From assembly GCF_009914755.1 (NCBI RefSeq), contig NC_060925.1: DNA of 64,000 nt; one strand, 5' to 3'. Shown piece after piece: positions 15,293 through 32,879 of the stretch. Position 1 is the first letter of the stretch, and each line of letters begins with the position of its first letter. The translations under genes and the position numbers were made by a program. This DNA is from the human T2T-CHM13v2.0 reference genome, Homo sapiens. A model generated the notes under the pieces. The model was not told the origin of the DNA and did not search any database. It worked only from the letters and a program-made list of their open reading frames with translations.

Positions 15293-16237
15293 GCAATCTC
15301 TTTATGCCTCAGGCAGCCAATGGTGTTCACTGACATGGGGCTTGGTGATGAGTCAAGCTAAAGACCCAATGGCAAATTGATGAGGTCTGTTATAGCATTT
15401 AAAAGGAATCTAAACACAAAGCAAAATATTCAAAATATCTAAATATCTCATCTGTATTTTCTCATCTTTGTCTATCTATATTTCATCTATATTTGCTTAT
15501 GCATTCTTGTTGGGGAGTTTCTACTTCTTTTTACTGTCATATTTGCTGACTCTTAACATGTGTTTTCTGAGGTATTATATCTACAAGTTATCTTGAATCT
15601 CAAGAACCCATATGATGGACAGAGTCTGGAGTGGTATGGGTCCTGTACCTCTTCCAACCTTTATTCTTCCCTCAGAGCTGCTAGGTCCACCCTAGCTGGC
15701 TGATTTCAGGACCCGTCTCATGGCAGGTGGAAAACTACATGTCAGGGAGACTTAAAGCTGGACCCAGATTTCCTTATGGAAAACAAGATCACTGCAAGAG
15801 CTGTCTAGGGCCTGTGAATGTGGGGTGAACTGGGCAGGTATTCCTCTGCTGGGAGATGCCAGGGCTGGCAGGAGCCAGACATGCATCACCTAAGATATGC
15901 TGCTGTGGAATTCACAGTGGGCCAGTCACTGTGCTGAGGAGGATCTGTTGTTTGAAGATAGTGATGACTCAGTTTCTGATGCAGTGAACATCAGTGATGA
16001 AGTGAATCCTCTGGATACCAGCAGTGACAAAGGATTTCATCTTCGAGAGTAAATGATTTTCTTGGTTTTCAGGATGAAGATTAAAATATTTTATTAATTC
16101 TTGGATGTTTTGTGACTGATTTTACTCTACTACATGGAGTGAAATATCAGCTTTTAAAAAAATTCACTTAATTTTCTCCTCTTTGCTCACTAGAGTGTAA
16201 TGTGACATATGAAGGAACATTACAACATAGGAATCTC

Positions 16238-16530
16238 TTCTTTTCTGTTCTTTTTTGAGACGGAGTCACTCTGTCGCCTAGGCTGGAATGCAGTGGTGTG
16301 ATCTTGGCTCACTGCAACCTCCACCTCCAGGTTGAAGTGATTCTCATGCCTCAGCTTCCTGAGCAGCTGGGACTACAGGCACATGCCACCACACCTGGCT
16401 AATTTTTGTATTTTTAGTAGAAACAGGGTTTCCCCATGTTGGCCAGGCTGACCTTGAACTCCTGGGCTCAAGTGATCTGCCTACCTCAGCCTCCCAAAGC
16501 GATTGACAGGCATGAGCCCCTGTGCCTGGC
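16238..16530 (-). mobile_element. Alu
   Basis: Alu consensus. Confidence 0.92.
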
Positions 16531-16680
16531 AGGGAATCTTTTCAACATTTTCTGTTTCTATATTTTTTGTGACCATTTTCTTTTCTTTTCTTTTTTTTTA
16601 ACTGTGATATTTGTTAGTCTACATGTACCAGAGTCTGTCAAGTAAGAATCTTTGCTTTCAAACATCAGAAACAGACTCTG

Positions 16681-17011
<331 letters not shown>

Positions 17012-17269
17012 CTAATCTCATTCAGAGTGAATTTACTGGAAGGCTATTAGGAGCTCATGGAATTGATGAGAGGCTTAGAATCCAGCTTTGGAATAGGTCG
17101 GATACAAAGACAGTTACTAAGCCTAGGAAGCAGAACTCAGAGGAATTGTCTCATAGTAGGGACCTTCTGGTTCCTTTACAATGACCAGGGTGGCAGAAAT
17201 TTTGACTGCTTTTAGTCTTTTCATCTCTTTGATCATGATCCAAATTTGGGTGTGGTGGGGTGGTGATGA

Positions 17270-17714
17270 CTGTTAGCCTGGGCCCTCTGAGAAGAAGGCA
17301 GACACCAAGATAGGATTAACATGCAAGGATGGTTTTAGGAGAAAAGCCTGTGAGGGGAAGGGGGAGGGAGCTGGGAAGAGCAGAAGGGTCATCAGATCGT
17401 AACATGAGTCTGACTCTGAGTGAAGGAGTTAGGGAAGGAAGATAGGGTGGAAGATCCTAGACGGCTGTGCAGTCTAAGGAAGTTTTGGCAAAGGCCCTGG
17501 GGAGTTCTCCAACCGAAGCCACCCATCAGAGGAGGTCTGTCTCTCCCAGGAATGGGCCTGCTGCATTTAGTCATTGGCTGGGAGTAGCCCCGGAGAAGCA
17601 TGACCTCTGGTGTAAATGTGGCCGTGGGTTTCAGCAGGCAGCAGCTGGGGACCCTAGGTCAGTTATGCTCCCTGTAGTTGGATCTCTGTGAAGTGCATTC
17701 TCACGGTTGCCTCA
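17270..17714 (-). mobile_element. LTR16A-like solo LTR (ERVL)
   Basis: Reverse complement of LTR16A motifs (cccaggaatgggcctgc, agtcattggctgggag, gcagcagctgggg). Confidence 0.8.
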
Positions 17715-17962
17715 GCAACTGACAGGCTTAGTATGGGCCACGGTCCCACTCTGTTAGGGCAGGGAAGACCCCTGTTACGGTATCACAGATGGAAGATGTA
17801 ATTATCCAAAAGGAAATTAGGTCCTGCTACAGAGGGGAAATGTATGATGGGTGGCCAATACCCAACAAATTCCACTTCTTGTAGCTACTTGTTTAGAAAT
17901 TCCTTAAAATTACCTATTTTGCCACTTGTTTTGTGCCAACTTTAAAAAATGTATCTGTTTCA

Positions 17963-18294
<332 letters not shown>

Positions 18295-18603
18295 TCATGC
18301 AAACATATATTATGTTGATGCTTTTGGTTATGAATATTTGCTGAAATTACTACTGGTATTTGCTTTGATAGCATGTGTCTTATAAGGATTCTATTAGTAA
18401 ACATATGTGCTGTTGCCTGTTATCTACCAATATTCAATATTACAAATATATTTCTTTTGCTAAGGGAGTTTATACTTATTTTAGGATTTAGTCAACTATT
18501 ACTGCATGTCTAGAACTTAAGATTGTTGACTTTGGATTCCAGTATTCTCTGCATTGTATTTACATGAATAAAATAATGTTTTCTTTTATTTAAAAAACTT
18601 TAT

Positions 18604-19218
<615 letters not shown>

Positions 19219-19236
19219 TATTAAAAAAAACTTTAA

Positions 19237-19566
<330 letters not shown>

Positions 19567-19804
19567 TTAATTAATTTTTCCAGAGAAAATTTTCTTTGTA
19601 AAATTGGAGCATGCCTTATATGGCAGTAATCATGGTGGTTTGGGGAAGGAAACCCTGCCATATCCATCAAACTTCTGATAAATTCTCCAAATTTAAATAA
19701 ATATAAATTGTACATCATTTACTTTACTTCTAATTGCTAATATTGGAGGTTTTCTCCCAGCCCTCTGTAAGTGGATTATGCATCATATGAGTCCCACTCA
19801 ACAT

Positions 19805-20089
19805 TTTCTTTTTTTTTGAGACAGATTCTCGCTCTGTCATCCAGGCTGGAGTGCAGTGGCTTGATCTCAGCTCACTGCAACCTCTGCCTCCTGCGATTCT
19901 CCTGCCTCAGCCTCCCGAGTAGCTGGAACTACAGGTGCGCACCACCATGCCCAGCTAATTTTTGTATTTTTAGTAGAGATGGGGTTTCACCACATTGGCC
20001 AGGCTGGTCTTGAACTCCTGACCTTGTGATCTGCCTGTCTTGGCCTCCCAGAGTGCTGGGATTACAGGCGTGAGCCACCGCACCTGGCC
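19805..20089 (-). mobile_element. Alu (S-type)
   Basis: Long TSD tgagtcccactcaacatttt. Confidence 0.94.
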
Positions 20090-20484
20090 TGAGTCCCACT
20101 CAACATTTTCATAGAAATTATCCGGGCATTTTATAAAATTTTTACCAATTTTTAGTTATTAAAAGTCATACTGCTCAAGCACGTAAGACTGGAAGATATA
20201 ATTTGCTCATGTTTATAAGAGTTTTACAGTAATAAGGGTTGATATGGCAATATATAAAAGTAGGAATCATTTCAATGTATCCCAGATGATAGTGGCATTA
20301 AATAAAAATAATATCAATTAACTAGTGAAAATAGTCTTTCTGATGTTTCTGCTTTTTAGAATATAAAATGACAAATCTACTACATTTGCTTCTGTAAAAC
20401 AAACTTTGTCTTTAAATATAACATGTGGTCAGGAAAGTATACAAATAAAATGTATGGCTCAATGAATTTTTACGAGGTACATTT

Positions 20485-20908
20485 TGATAATCACTAGAAT
20501 GCATCTTCCTGACCTCTAATAACAAGGAGCCTAATTGACCACTGTGCTCTACAATTTATTATTATACCTGAGCTGAGGCCACTCTGGCCTTGGGCTGCTT
20601 TCCATCAATGACTGTGTTACTGAGGCAGGCCCATTACGGGGAGACACAGGTCTTCCTTGATGGCCAACTTAGACTGGAGGACTCCCCAACACCCTTGCTG
20701 AATCTTCCCCAGACTTCATGGTGCTCTAGGATACTTTCACCCAACATATCTTCCCTTCCTCTTTTACTCAGGGTCACACTTGCATGTGACCACTCTCTCA
20801 GTCTTTCCAACTCCTTCCCTATGTTCTCACACAAGCATTTTCCTAATAAAATCCTTGAAGATTTAATTCTGTGTTGGTGTCTCCTTCTTAGAGAACTCAA
20901 ACTAACAC
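20485..20908 (+). mobile_element. LTR16A-like solo LTR (ERVL)
   Basis: aggcaggcccatt..gggagacac, cctaataaaatccttg...actaacaca. Confidence 0.75.
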
Positions 20909-21643
20909 ACATGAACCCAACTATGTAACTGGCCCCAGATCAAGAGACAGAATATAACCAGTATCTTGAAAGAGCCTTTTGTGCCTCTTCCTAAAAATTA
21001 TGTCACAACCAGCCCTCTATCAAAGGTAACCATTATCTTCACTTTTAATTCCATAGATTAATTGTGCCTGTTTTAGAATTTTGTATAAATGAATCTTACA
21101 GACTATATTATTTTGTGCCTGTCCTCTTTAATGCAACATTATGTTTGTGGCATTCATCCATGCAGTTATATATAGCAAGATTTCAGATAGATTTTTGTGT
21201 CTTATTCATTCTAGTTGTTATTGATAGGAGTATTGATCTACCACATTAAGGTGATAGTGAATGTCCTTCACTAAATTTATATTTAGTAACTGTAGTACAC
21301 CAAAGAATTTATTACCTAAAGAGTACCTTGTTAAATAAATAAGATCTATTCAAGCCTTCACTGGCTTAAAAATGAAGTTTCATTGACTTTTACCTTTAAA
21401 TGAATGTACATCCCTGGAGGATGTGGATGTCAGGGAGGGACTTCAAATAGAAATGAAATAGACGTCGAAAAATGCTTTATGTTATATACGTACAAAGAAT
21501 TCACAGTATAGTGTGCCTTTCATCAGCCTTGAATTTATCACTCCAACCCAGTAAAAATGCTCTCTTAAGATTACTAGTGACCTCATAATTGGTCACCTTG
21601 ATACTTTTCAGCCCTCATTTCATTCCATAGTAGTGAATGACAC

Positions 21644-22024
21644 TGTTAAATTAAATTTGGCCTATGGCTGCCTTCATAAGCAGTAAACTGAAACCTAACT
21701 CAGTATGTAAACAAACTGCAACTGAATTAAGCCTATATTCTTGTAACAGGTAGCTGATTCTCAGCCAATCATAGCAGCTGAACTTCAGCCAATCACAGGT
21801 TGCCAACTGATTAGACCATGTCCATAACACAAATGGTGACCTGTAAACAATTAAACTGTTTCTGCACGTCACTCCCTTTTTCTGCCTGTAAATACCACCT
21901 GCCTGCATTGCTGGGTGGAGCTCCCTGAATCTCTATTGGTTCAGGGTGCTGCCCATTTCATGAATTGTTCTTTGCTCAGATAAACTCTGCTAAATTTAAT
22001 TTGTCTAAAGTTTTTCTTTTAACA
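21644..22024 (+). mobile_element. MER57-family solo LTR (ERV1)
   Basis: TGTTAAATTAA...two cagccaatca boxes...gtttttcttttaaCA. Confidence 0.8.
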
Positions 22025-22074
22025 TCAATGACAATATTCTTCTTAAAATTGTCTTCTTACTTAGCTTCTGGAGG

Positions 22075-22330
22075 GAGAATATACTGAAGAGTTTAAAGGT
22101 ACAGGATCTGGAGCCAGATTGCCTAATTCTGAATACTAGCTCTAAACAGCATTCTGTTTGTAATGTGTCAAGATTATGTAAGCTTTCTATCCTTCTGTTT
22201 CATTATCTTCACAATGGAGATAGTAATAGTGTTTGCTTCAAAGGGCTATTGTAAGATTTGAATGAATTAATATTTGTAAAGCACTTAAAATAGCACTGGC
22301 ACATTTTAAACAGTATATGTTTGCTGTTAT
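22075..22330 (+). mobile_element. MIR
   Basis: tctggagccagattgcc...tctgtttcattatc..caatggagatagtaatagt...gtaaagcactt. Confidence 0.7.
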
Positions 22331-22445
22331 CAGTCTATTCACATTACTGATTCATCTCTGATATCCCAGTGGACCTCAGTTGTCTCTGCAGGCTCCTCTT
22401 TTTCCCAGTTCCCTAAAGTTTTTGTTCCCAACAATTCTCTGCTAG

Positions 22446-22668
<223 letters not shown>

Positions 22669-24448
22669 TTTCCTCTCACTTTAAACACTCTCCTCAGGGC
22701 AACTTTACCCATGCTTCCAGATGAAAGACCACTTACATGCCAATGGCTCCTTAGCTTAGTCAGCCATTTTGGCCTCTCTCATGAGCTCTAGATTTATATT
22801 TTCAGCTGATTACTAAACATCTAGAGGTACCATAGACACTTCAAACTCAACATGTCAAAAAGCAACTTTATTTTCTTGTTGTCTCCATTTTTCTAAACCT
22901 TCACTTTATAGCCAATGAAGAGCCCTAGAAATTAGGGCAAGATGTTCTTCATTGTTAATTTAATAGAAGAGGATGTTGTAGTATTAAATATGGGTGGGGG
23001 CAGGTGCTGTTCAAGTTCCTTTAGTGGCAGATATAGTCATGCCTTGTAGACCACATGAAGGGTTTTGGAACAAGACGGGTATGTGTTCAAGATTAGTTTT
23101 GAGATACCTAGAGAAAAGGTGTATTGTAGTCCAGGGTGGATACTTTTACCCTTCTCTCCTCCCCTACTCATGTAAGCTAAAGCTCACTTCTCTCCCGTAT
23201 CCAACAGGAGAATTCAGACTGAGGAGAGAAGAACTTGATCTGGAGCTCAGTGCAAGGTTCTGCAATTTACTAAACACACGAGAGAACTTGATTTTTGATG
23301 AAGAAGTGGCACATTCTGGAAAATAGAAGAGAGGTTAAAGACATCAGAAAAGGGATGAGTTAAAAGAGAAAGGGACTGTGGGGAGAAGAGAGCAGATTAG
23401 CCATAAGAAAGGTGGGAGTCTTCAACCAGGGACACCTGGAAGATCTGAACCGTGAAGCTCTGTGCTCTTGTGGCCTGAAAGGGGATGAAAGGAATGGGTT
23501 AGGGGCACAATGCCTACTTTTCTACCCTCTGACTATATAGGGTTTGGATTTATCACTGATGGCTTTATGTAAAGAACTGTTTAAACACCCTTAAGCGTCC
23601 AGTGTTTGTTTACTGCAGAAGCAGTTTTCCAAAACAGAATCTGGAATGAGGGGGGACTATTTTCCTTTATCCTGATTTACCAGTGGCAGTGTTATATTTA
23701 CTATGAAGCTAAAGAAGCATCAGCTGTACGGACATTCACTTGTGTGAGCCCTTGCCAAGGCCCTTGGAGAAGAAACATATGCCCCTGGTCAAATGTTTTT
23801 ATAAAATTTGAACAGGCAAGATTTTTTGGTATTCTTTTTCTATGAAGATCTCCCCCACATCCCACCCCTATAAAATTATAGAAGCTTCAAACTATGTAAA
23901 ATCTGACTGTGACACTGTCCCCCTACAAACAACAAACTTTAAAAACATCTGCATTGTAAACTACAAGGAAAAAATGACAAATCAACAAGGATGGGGGAGA
24001 TTATAACATCCTTTCTCAGTGACTGATATATAAAGCAGACAAAAATTAGAAAAGATATAGATGTTTGAAAACACAATTAACAAACTTTATCAAATGAACA
24101 TATATAGAACCTTGTAACAAATAATTAGATAAATTCTATTCTTTCCAAGCATATATGACACATTTATAAAAATCACATAGACTGCCACAAGAAAAAAATT
24201 TTAACAAATAACAAAGAATTAACATCATACATAGGATGATCTCTGAACATACCATCATGAAGTTACACATCATTAGCAAAGTTAACAAAAAGGGATAACT
24301 ACAAACTCCACACATTTGGAAATTCAAAAATACACACCTATAAATTTGGCAAAATTTTGATAATTTTGACTCTGGGTGTCAAAATTCATTGTGGATCTTG
24401 GAAATTTTTTCATAATTAAAATATGCTTTTAAATAATTCTCATGTCTG

Positions 24449-24742
<294 letters not shown>

Positions 24743-24782
24743 AATTCTAATGTCAAAAAAAGAAGTAATAGGCTACCTGATA

Positions 24783-25090
24783 GGCCAGGTGCAGTGGCTC
24801 ACACCTGTAATCCCAGCACTTTGGGAGGCTGAGGCCGGACAACCGCTTGAGGCCAGTTCAAGGCCAGCCTGAGCAACATGGTGAGACTCCACCTCTACAA
24901 AATATACAGAAATTAGCCAGGTATGGTGGTGCATGCCTGTAGTCTCAGCTACTCAGGAGGCTGAGGTGGGAGGATTGCTTCAGCCCAGGAGGTCAAGGCT
25001 ACAGTGAGCCATGACTGCACTACTGAGCTCCAGCCTGGGCGATGCAGTGAGACCCTGTCTCAAACACAAGAATTAAAAAAAAAAAAAAGA
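24783..25090 (+). mobile_element. Alu (J-type)
   Basis: Alu consensus. Confidence 0.92.
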
Positions 25091-25122
25091 AAAAGAAGTA
25101 ATAATGTAAACTATAACTCTTG

Positions 25123-25125
<3 letters not shown>

Positions 25126-25165
<40 letters not shown>
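25126..25165. repeat. (AC)20 microsatellite
   Basis: Seen directly. Confidence 0.95.
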
Positions 25166-25166
<1 letters not shown>

Positions 25167-25639
25167 AAAACTTGTGGGCTGAAGCTGAAGGTGTTCTTAG
25201 AGGGAAATTGATAGCCTTACATGGTTACATTGACAAAGAAGAAAAAAAAGGAAAAAACAGAAAAAGTGAAATTAGTGAGGTAGCATCAACTTAAGATGTA
25301 ATAAAGAGAACAATGTGAACTCAAAGAAAACAGAGGAAGGAAATACAGAGTAGAAAATTAATGATACAGAAAACAAAGATCAATAAAAACAAAAGCTGGT
25401 TTTTTAAAAAGTTTAACAAGATAGACATACTTCTGGCACGACTAATTAGAACATAAGAGACAAGGCACAAAGAAGCAATACTGGGAATGACAAAAGGGAC
25501 ATAACTACAGATAAAGCAGAAACTGACATACTGAGAGAATGCTATGAGCAATTACACCAATCAATTTGAAAATATAGGTGAAATAGAAAGTGTTCCTAGA
25601 AAAATATAACTGATCAAAACTTACTCATAGAAGGCCTGA

Positions 25640-25944
<305 letters not shown>

Positions 25945-27707
25945 CTGAATAGACTTTTAACTTTTAAAATGTTGATTCAAAGGTAAAAATTCTTCCTCTA
26001 CAAATACTATCAGGCCTAGATTTTCTCAGTAAAGTTCTATCAAACCTTCAACAAGTTGATTATCCTATTTTATGCTGCTCCAGATAACAGAAAAAGATAG
26101 AATGCCTTCAAATACAATTTATGTAATTAGTGTATTCTTTATGCCACAATCGGACAAAGAAAGAATGTAAAGTAAGTTCAGAGGTGATCTCAATTATGAA
26201 AATAAATGCAAAAAATAATAGTCCATATCAGAATTGATAATACTCATCATGATTAAAACAAAACAAAAGCTCTTGGAATAAAAAGAAACTTCCTTAATCT
26301 GATAAAGGTTGCCTTCCAAAACCTTATACAAACAGGATACTTACTTGTGAATTATTATAAGTACTACTTTTAAAGTCAAGAACCATCCATGGAAACCTGT
26401 TATCACAATGTATATTCATCATTGTACTGGAAGTTCAAGTCACAGCAGTAAGACAGTAAAGCAAGAAAGATATAAAGATTAAAAAGACAGAAACTATACT
26501 ATAACAATTCACAAGTTACCAACTATCACAATTAGCGTAGAAAATCTAGAGAATCAATAAATTATTAGAACAATAGAGTTTTAAAAAACTGAACTGCATC
26601 TACATATTTCAACATAACAGTACCAAAACCCTTAAGATTCTTAGGAGTAAAACTAACAAAAAAAAAATGTCAGGGACCTTTTAGAAAATAATTCTGAAAC
26701 TAATTGAAAGAAATGAAAGAAGACCTACATAAATGCAGAGATATACTTTGCTCATTGGAAAATTCAATACTGTAAAAATGTCCAATCTCCCCCAATTAAT
26801 CTCTGAATTCATTGTAATTCCAGTGCAAATCGCTACAGAGTTTTGGCAAGTGAATTCTGAAATTTACATGAAGAGATGCTTTTAAAGAAAAATAACGAGG
26901 TAAAGGAGTTTTTCCTACCATATTAGAAAGTGTATTATAATTAAGCTTTACGTGATAATAAAGACATGGTATTGATGCAGGGATGGGAAAATAAATCAAT
27001 AGAGTTGCAAAATGAAAACATTTATGCATGGAAACTGTATACAACATTACAAAGCCGTGGGGAAAGGACAAACTTCCCAATGATTGGTGCTGGAAAAACT
27101 CATTAATCATATGAAAAAAACTAAAATACCTATTTCACACAATCTGCAAAGGAAAATTCTACATCAAATAAAGACAACACAAAAGCAAAATGGACAAAAG
27201 ATAGGAATAGGCAAGTTACAGAAGAAAAAACTCAACACAAAATAAAAATGTTCAAGCTCACTTTTAGTTCACTTGTAATCAGAGAGATGCAAATTATAAC
27301 CAAAATGAGCTAGCATTTCATCCTACCAGAAAGTCTGATGGTGCCAAATGCTGGTATGGATGTGAAACAGGAGAAGCTCATACACTGCTAGTGGGAGCTT
27401 AAATTGGATCGATCCACTTTTGAGAGCAATTTAGATATATATAGTCAGGTTAAAGATGCACATATTCATAACTCTTAACAACCCTTACATGTACTCAAGA
27501 AAATAAGTACAAGAATATTCTAACACTGCTTGCAACAGTGAATAACTAGAACACCTAAATATCCACTAGCAGCAAAATGCATAAACAAATCATGGTGTAT
27601 TTGTATAAGAGAATTCTATCCAGCACTGGAAGTGAATGAACTTGAGCTAAATGCATCAAGATAGGTAAATCTCAACATTGAAAGGTAGTATGACATCGTT
27701 AATATGA

Positions 27708-28334
<627 letters not shown>

Positions 28335-28355
28335 TCTTTCTCTCTCTCTCTCTCT

Positions 28356-28586
28356 CACTGCTGCAACCTCCACCTCCTGAGTTCCAGGGATTCTCATGCC
28401 TCAGCCTCCCGAGTAGCTGGGATTACAGGCGTGCATCACCACACCCGGCTAATTTTTGTATTTTTCCTAGAGATAGGGTTTTGCCCAGGTTGTCCAGGCT
28501 GGTCTCGAACTCCTGGCCTGAAGTGATCTGCCTGCCTCAGCCTCCCAAAATGCTGGGATTACAGGCATGAGCCATTGCCCCCAGCC
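28356..28586 (-). mobile_element. Older Alu, 3' part missing
   Basis: Alu consensus after a (CT)n run. Confidence 0.88.
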
Positions 28587-29173
28587 AGAAGGTTTCAATT
28601 GCATCTGTAACATTTTATTTTTAAAAGTTGAAGCAAAAATAGCAAAATATTCAGATTTGACAAAGATCAGTGGTCAATACTTTACAATATTACTTTCTGT
28701 AACTTTTGGTAAGCTTGAAATATTTTAAAATTAAAAAAATACAGTAGAACCAATACTGAGTGATTTATACCTTCAAATAATTACATTAGTGTCTTAATGT
28801 AGTAATGACATATTGCATGATGTTAGAAACATTTTTCTAACATTTTCAACTTGATTAAAGATGTCTTATGAAATATTGACTTAATAACAGTATTTTCTTC
28901 TTTTCTTCACAGCAAATAATGAAATAATTTAAAATCAAGCAGCACTTGCTGAAATTGCTTCACTAAAGCAAAAGAGTGAAGACAGCAGTGTTTAGTGAAA
29001 ACGAGTGAATGATGAAGGAGAAGGTGAAATAGGCTGGGGTGGAGCATAGGGATAGAGAGAGGAATATTGCTGAGCAACCAGGAGGAGACAGGACCAAGAG
29101 GAAAAAGGACAAGAATTAAAAGGGATGCACCCAAGACCAATGATAAAGTGAGTACATTGGAAAGTAACAAATC

Positions 29174-29340
29174 AGCCTGGGCAACATTAGCCGGGTGTGG
29201 TGACGCATGCCTGTAGTCCCAGCTACTCAGGAGGCTGAGGTGGGAGGATTGCTTCAGCCTGGGAGGCCAAGGCTACAGTGAGCAGAGATTGTGCCACTGC
29301 ACACCTGCCTGGGTGACAGAGCAAGAGCCTGTCTCAAAAA
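29174..29340 (+). mobile_element. Partial Alu (J-type)
   Basis: Mostly right arm. Confidence 0.85.
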
Positions 29341-29510
29341 AGAAAGAAAGAGAAAGAGAGAGAGACAGAAAGAAAGAGAAAGAGAGAGAGACAGAAAGAA
29401 AGAGAAAGAGAGAGAGACAGAAAGAAAGGAAAGAAGGAAGGAAGGAAGGAAAGAAAGAGAAAGAGAGAGAAAGAAAGAAAGAAAGAAAAGAAAGAAAGAA
29501 AGAAGAAAAG
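29336..29510. repeat. ~175-bp purine-rich tract (GAAA/GA/GGAA)
   Basis: Seen directly; expanded Alu tail. Confidence 0.95.
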
Positions 29511-29538
29511 TAACAGAGAGTAATAGGTAATTTTTTAA

Positions 29539-29856
<318 letters not shown>

Positions 29857-29879
29857 TAAGTAACTATAGAAAGTAATCT

Positions 29880-29942
29880 GGCCAGGTGCGAAAAGAGCCT
29901 GGGTGAAACAGCAAAACTCCGTCTCAAAAAAATAAATAAATA
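29880..29942 (+). mobile_element. Alu remnant: 11-bp head fused to the last ~30 bp and A-tail
   Basis: ggccaggtgcg + aaaag + agcctgggtgaaacagcaaaactccgtctc + A-tail; TSD aaagtaatYt. Confidence 0.8.
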
Positions 29943-30842
29943 AAAGTAATTTAAAAGGCAGACCCAGATGCTAAATGTGATTTGATTTACTTAGACCATA
30001 GAATTTTACGGTTACTAGCATTTTTTTCAACACTCTTATTTCAGAATGGGAAAACTGAGTCTGAGTTAAGCACATTTCCCTGTGGTTAAGTGTAGAGCTG
30101 AGAGTAAAACTCATCCTCTGGAGGCACCTTGATGCAGTGATTCTTCCATTTCACTGCACTGCCTAATATTACCAGGGTCTCCAACAGGCCATGCACTGCT
30201 GCTGGGTGGGAGTGCAGTGTGAGAGGGAAGCACAAGGGACTCACCCAGGGCAGGAAAACTTCAAAAAATGGTTGCAGCAGAGAGACATAAACAGAGCTAG
30301 CTTCTTATACCTGTATAGTCCTCCTCTTCTGTTTTTAAGCCTTTAAAAAAGAGGCTTGTGGGACATGCTTCTCCTGTTTTAGGTATTTTAATGGACAAAT
30401 GATATGAGAAATTTAAAATGGTGAGTTGAAAATAAAAAATGTTGAGAACGGATATACTAATCTATTCTTACACTATTTTTATTTTAGTTTTTCTGGCAGA
30501 ACATTCTCTATAACATATTCCTTGTAATCCAGTAGAGAAAGTATCAAAAAGGAATCTTCTCTAATTAGGCCCTAAAATGAGATTACAACCCACAAAAGAG
30601 GAGCTGGTCTATAAACAGTTCTATTATGATTACTCTGATTTCCCTTTTTAAGTGTGAATTATAACACATTTGAACAGTAAACCTTGGCTTTTAATGGTTG
30701 TTTGATTTTTCTAGTTAAAAGATGGTTTTTTATATATATATAATATATAGGTATATCTTTTTAAAAGATACATATATTTTAAGGACGGTTATAGTTTTAA
30801 AATTATTTTTAAAAATTTACTTCTCTGAAGATAATGCTAGAT

Positions 30843-30980
30843 TTCTTTTTTATTTTTATTTTTGTAGAGACAGAGTCTCACTATGTTCGACTGGTCTCAA
30901 ACTCCTGGCCTTAAGCAATCCTCCCACCTAGGCCTCTCAAAGTGCTGGGATTACAGGTGTGAGCCACTATGCCCAACCTG
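30843..30980 (-). mobile_element. Alu monomer (FLAM-like)
   Basis: Single arm. Confidence 0.8.
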
Positions 30981-32455
30981 GTTATATGTTTTAAGACAGA
31001 ATATGAAATTAAAAAAAAAACAAGCAAAAACATTGGTTGTGTGATACGCTGAACTTTAAGTTTCTCAGTTTCATTATTTCCTAATGAAATATATGTGCCC
31101 AAATAATTTTTGGTTTATAAGAAGTCTGATGCATAAAAAGATGCCCAGTACATTTTTGTATGTTTCTTTCCATGCCTTTGAGTCTTCCTGATAAACTTCA
31201 CTAACAGCTCTAGCAATCTTATATTTAGCTGGTGACAGACTCAAGCATTAAGTGGCTGACTTGACTCATGAATGAGTCTTTGTTTGAGCAGAGAAGTTGT
31301 ACTGCAGTGAGGGCACTGTCCTGCCCAACACTTGCCATTTAAACCTCCCTTTGCTGAGATTTATGACTTGGCTGGAACACTTTATTCATCATACAACTTG
31401 GTGTCAGAGGATTACTTTTTATAAATTCTAAAAACCCACATACCAAGTAAAACAAATCAAACATTTCATAAATGGTAGAGCCTGATTTTCTCCCTTCATA
31501 AGTTGTGTTCTCATTTTTTGGAGAAAGGATGCAATTAGGGAAGTGGGTGTTTCAATGAGACCTTTGATTAAAAACCAATCATACTCTTGGCAAGCATTTG
31601 TTACATAACGTAGTTATAGTTTCATTTGGAATCTAGCAAGAACTAAGACATTCGTTTGGGAAGTGTGGTAATTTGTTTTCTTTTACAGCATTTCCTCTTA
31701 GAAAAGGTACCTGAGATCCTACTGAATCAGTTTAAAAACTGATTGTGGTAAAAGTCACTTAGTGTCTAAACTACAATAATTAATATATTTTTTAAATAAT
31801 GTAATACTCAATTTTTAAGAAGTTCCACAAAACTGTCAGTATCCACTAAAGTGTTGCAGAATTCAAGGATGAACCGGACTCTGAGGTCACTTGGCCCATC
31901 TTTCCACCAGGCAGGGCTGTCCCCTGTATTGTTTCCTTCAGTATTTTCTCCAGGCTCATGGAATGTCTAAAGCAACACAATACAGTCCTTTGAATTATAA
32001 TTGTTTTTTGAAGTTTTCATCAACTGGAGCAATGCTGAGTGGAAATCATTTTTCTAAATTGAATGCTGCTTTTAATCTTCATTAAGATATTTAAAATTAA
32101 GCCAATAATACTTTTAAATAAATGTTGGTATTCTATTTGGGAGTGGGTGTTAGCCTGTATGCAACTTACAGACTAAGCAAAGGTTCAAACTTTTACTATA
32201 ATTAGTTATGTTTCAGAAGAGATAGCTCTATGCAGAGTCATGCTATAATGAGATGCTACTGTAACACATAATATTTTGAAAATGTATTGCTTTATTACAT
32301 ACAATTATTCCATAAAATGCTATACTATCTAAGTATTCAGCTGGAAGTGTTTGGAGAAAAATAATTTAATGAAAGAAATTACCTCAAGACACAAAGAACA
32401 TTACAGCTGATGGACCCTAGGGAATAACTGCAGACACATTTATTAAAAACAAGTA

Positions 32456-32879
<424 letters not shown>

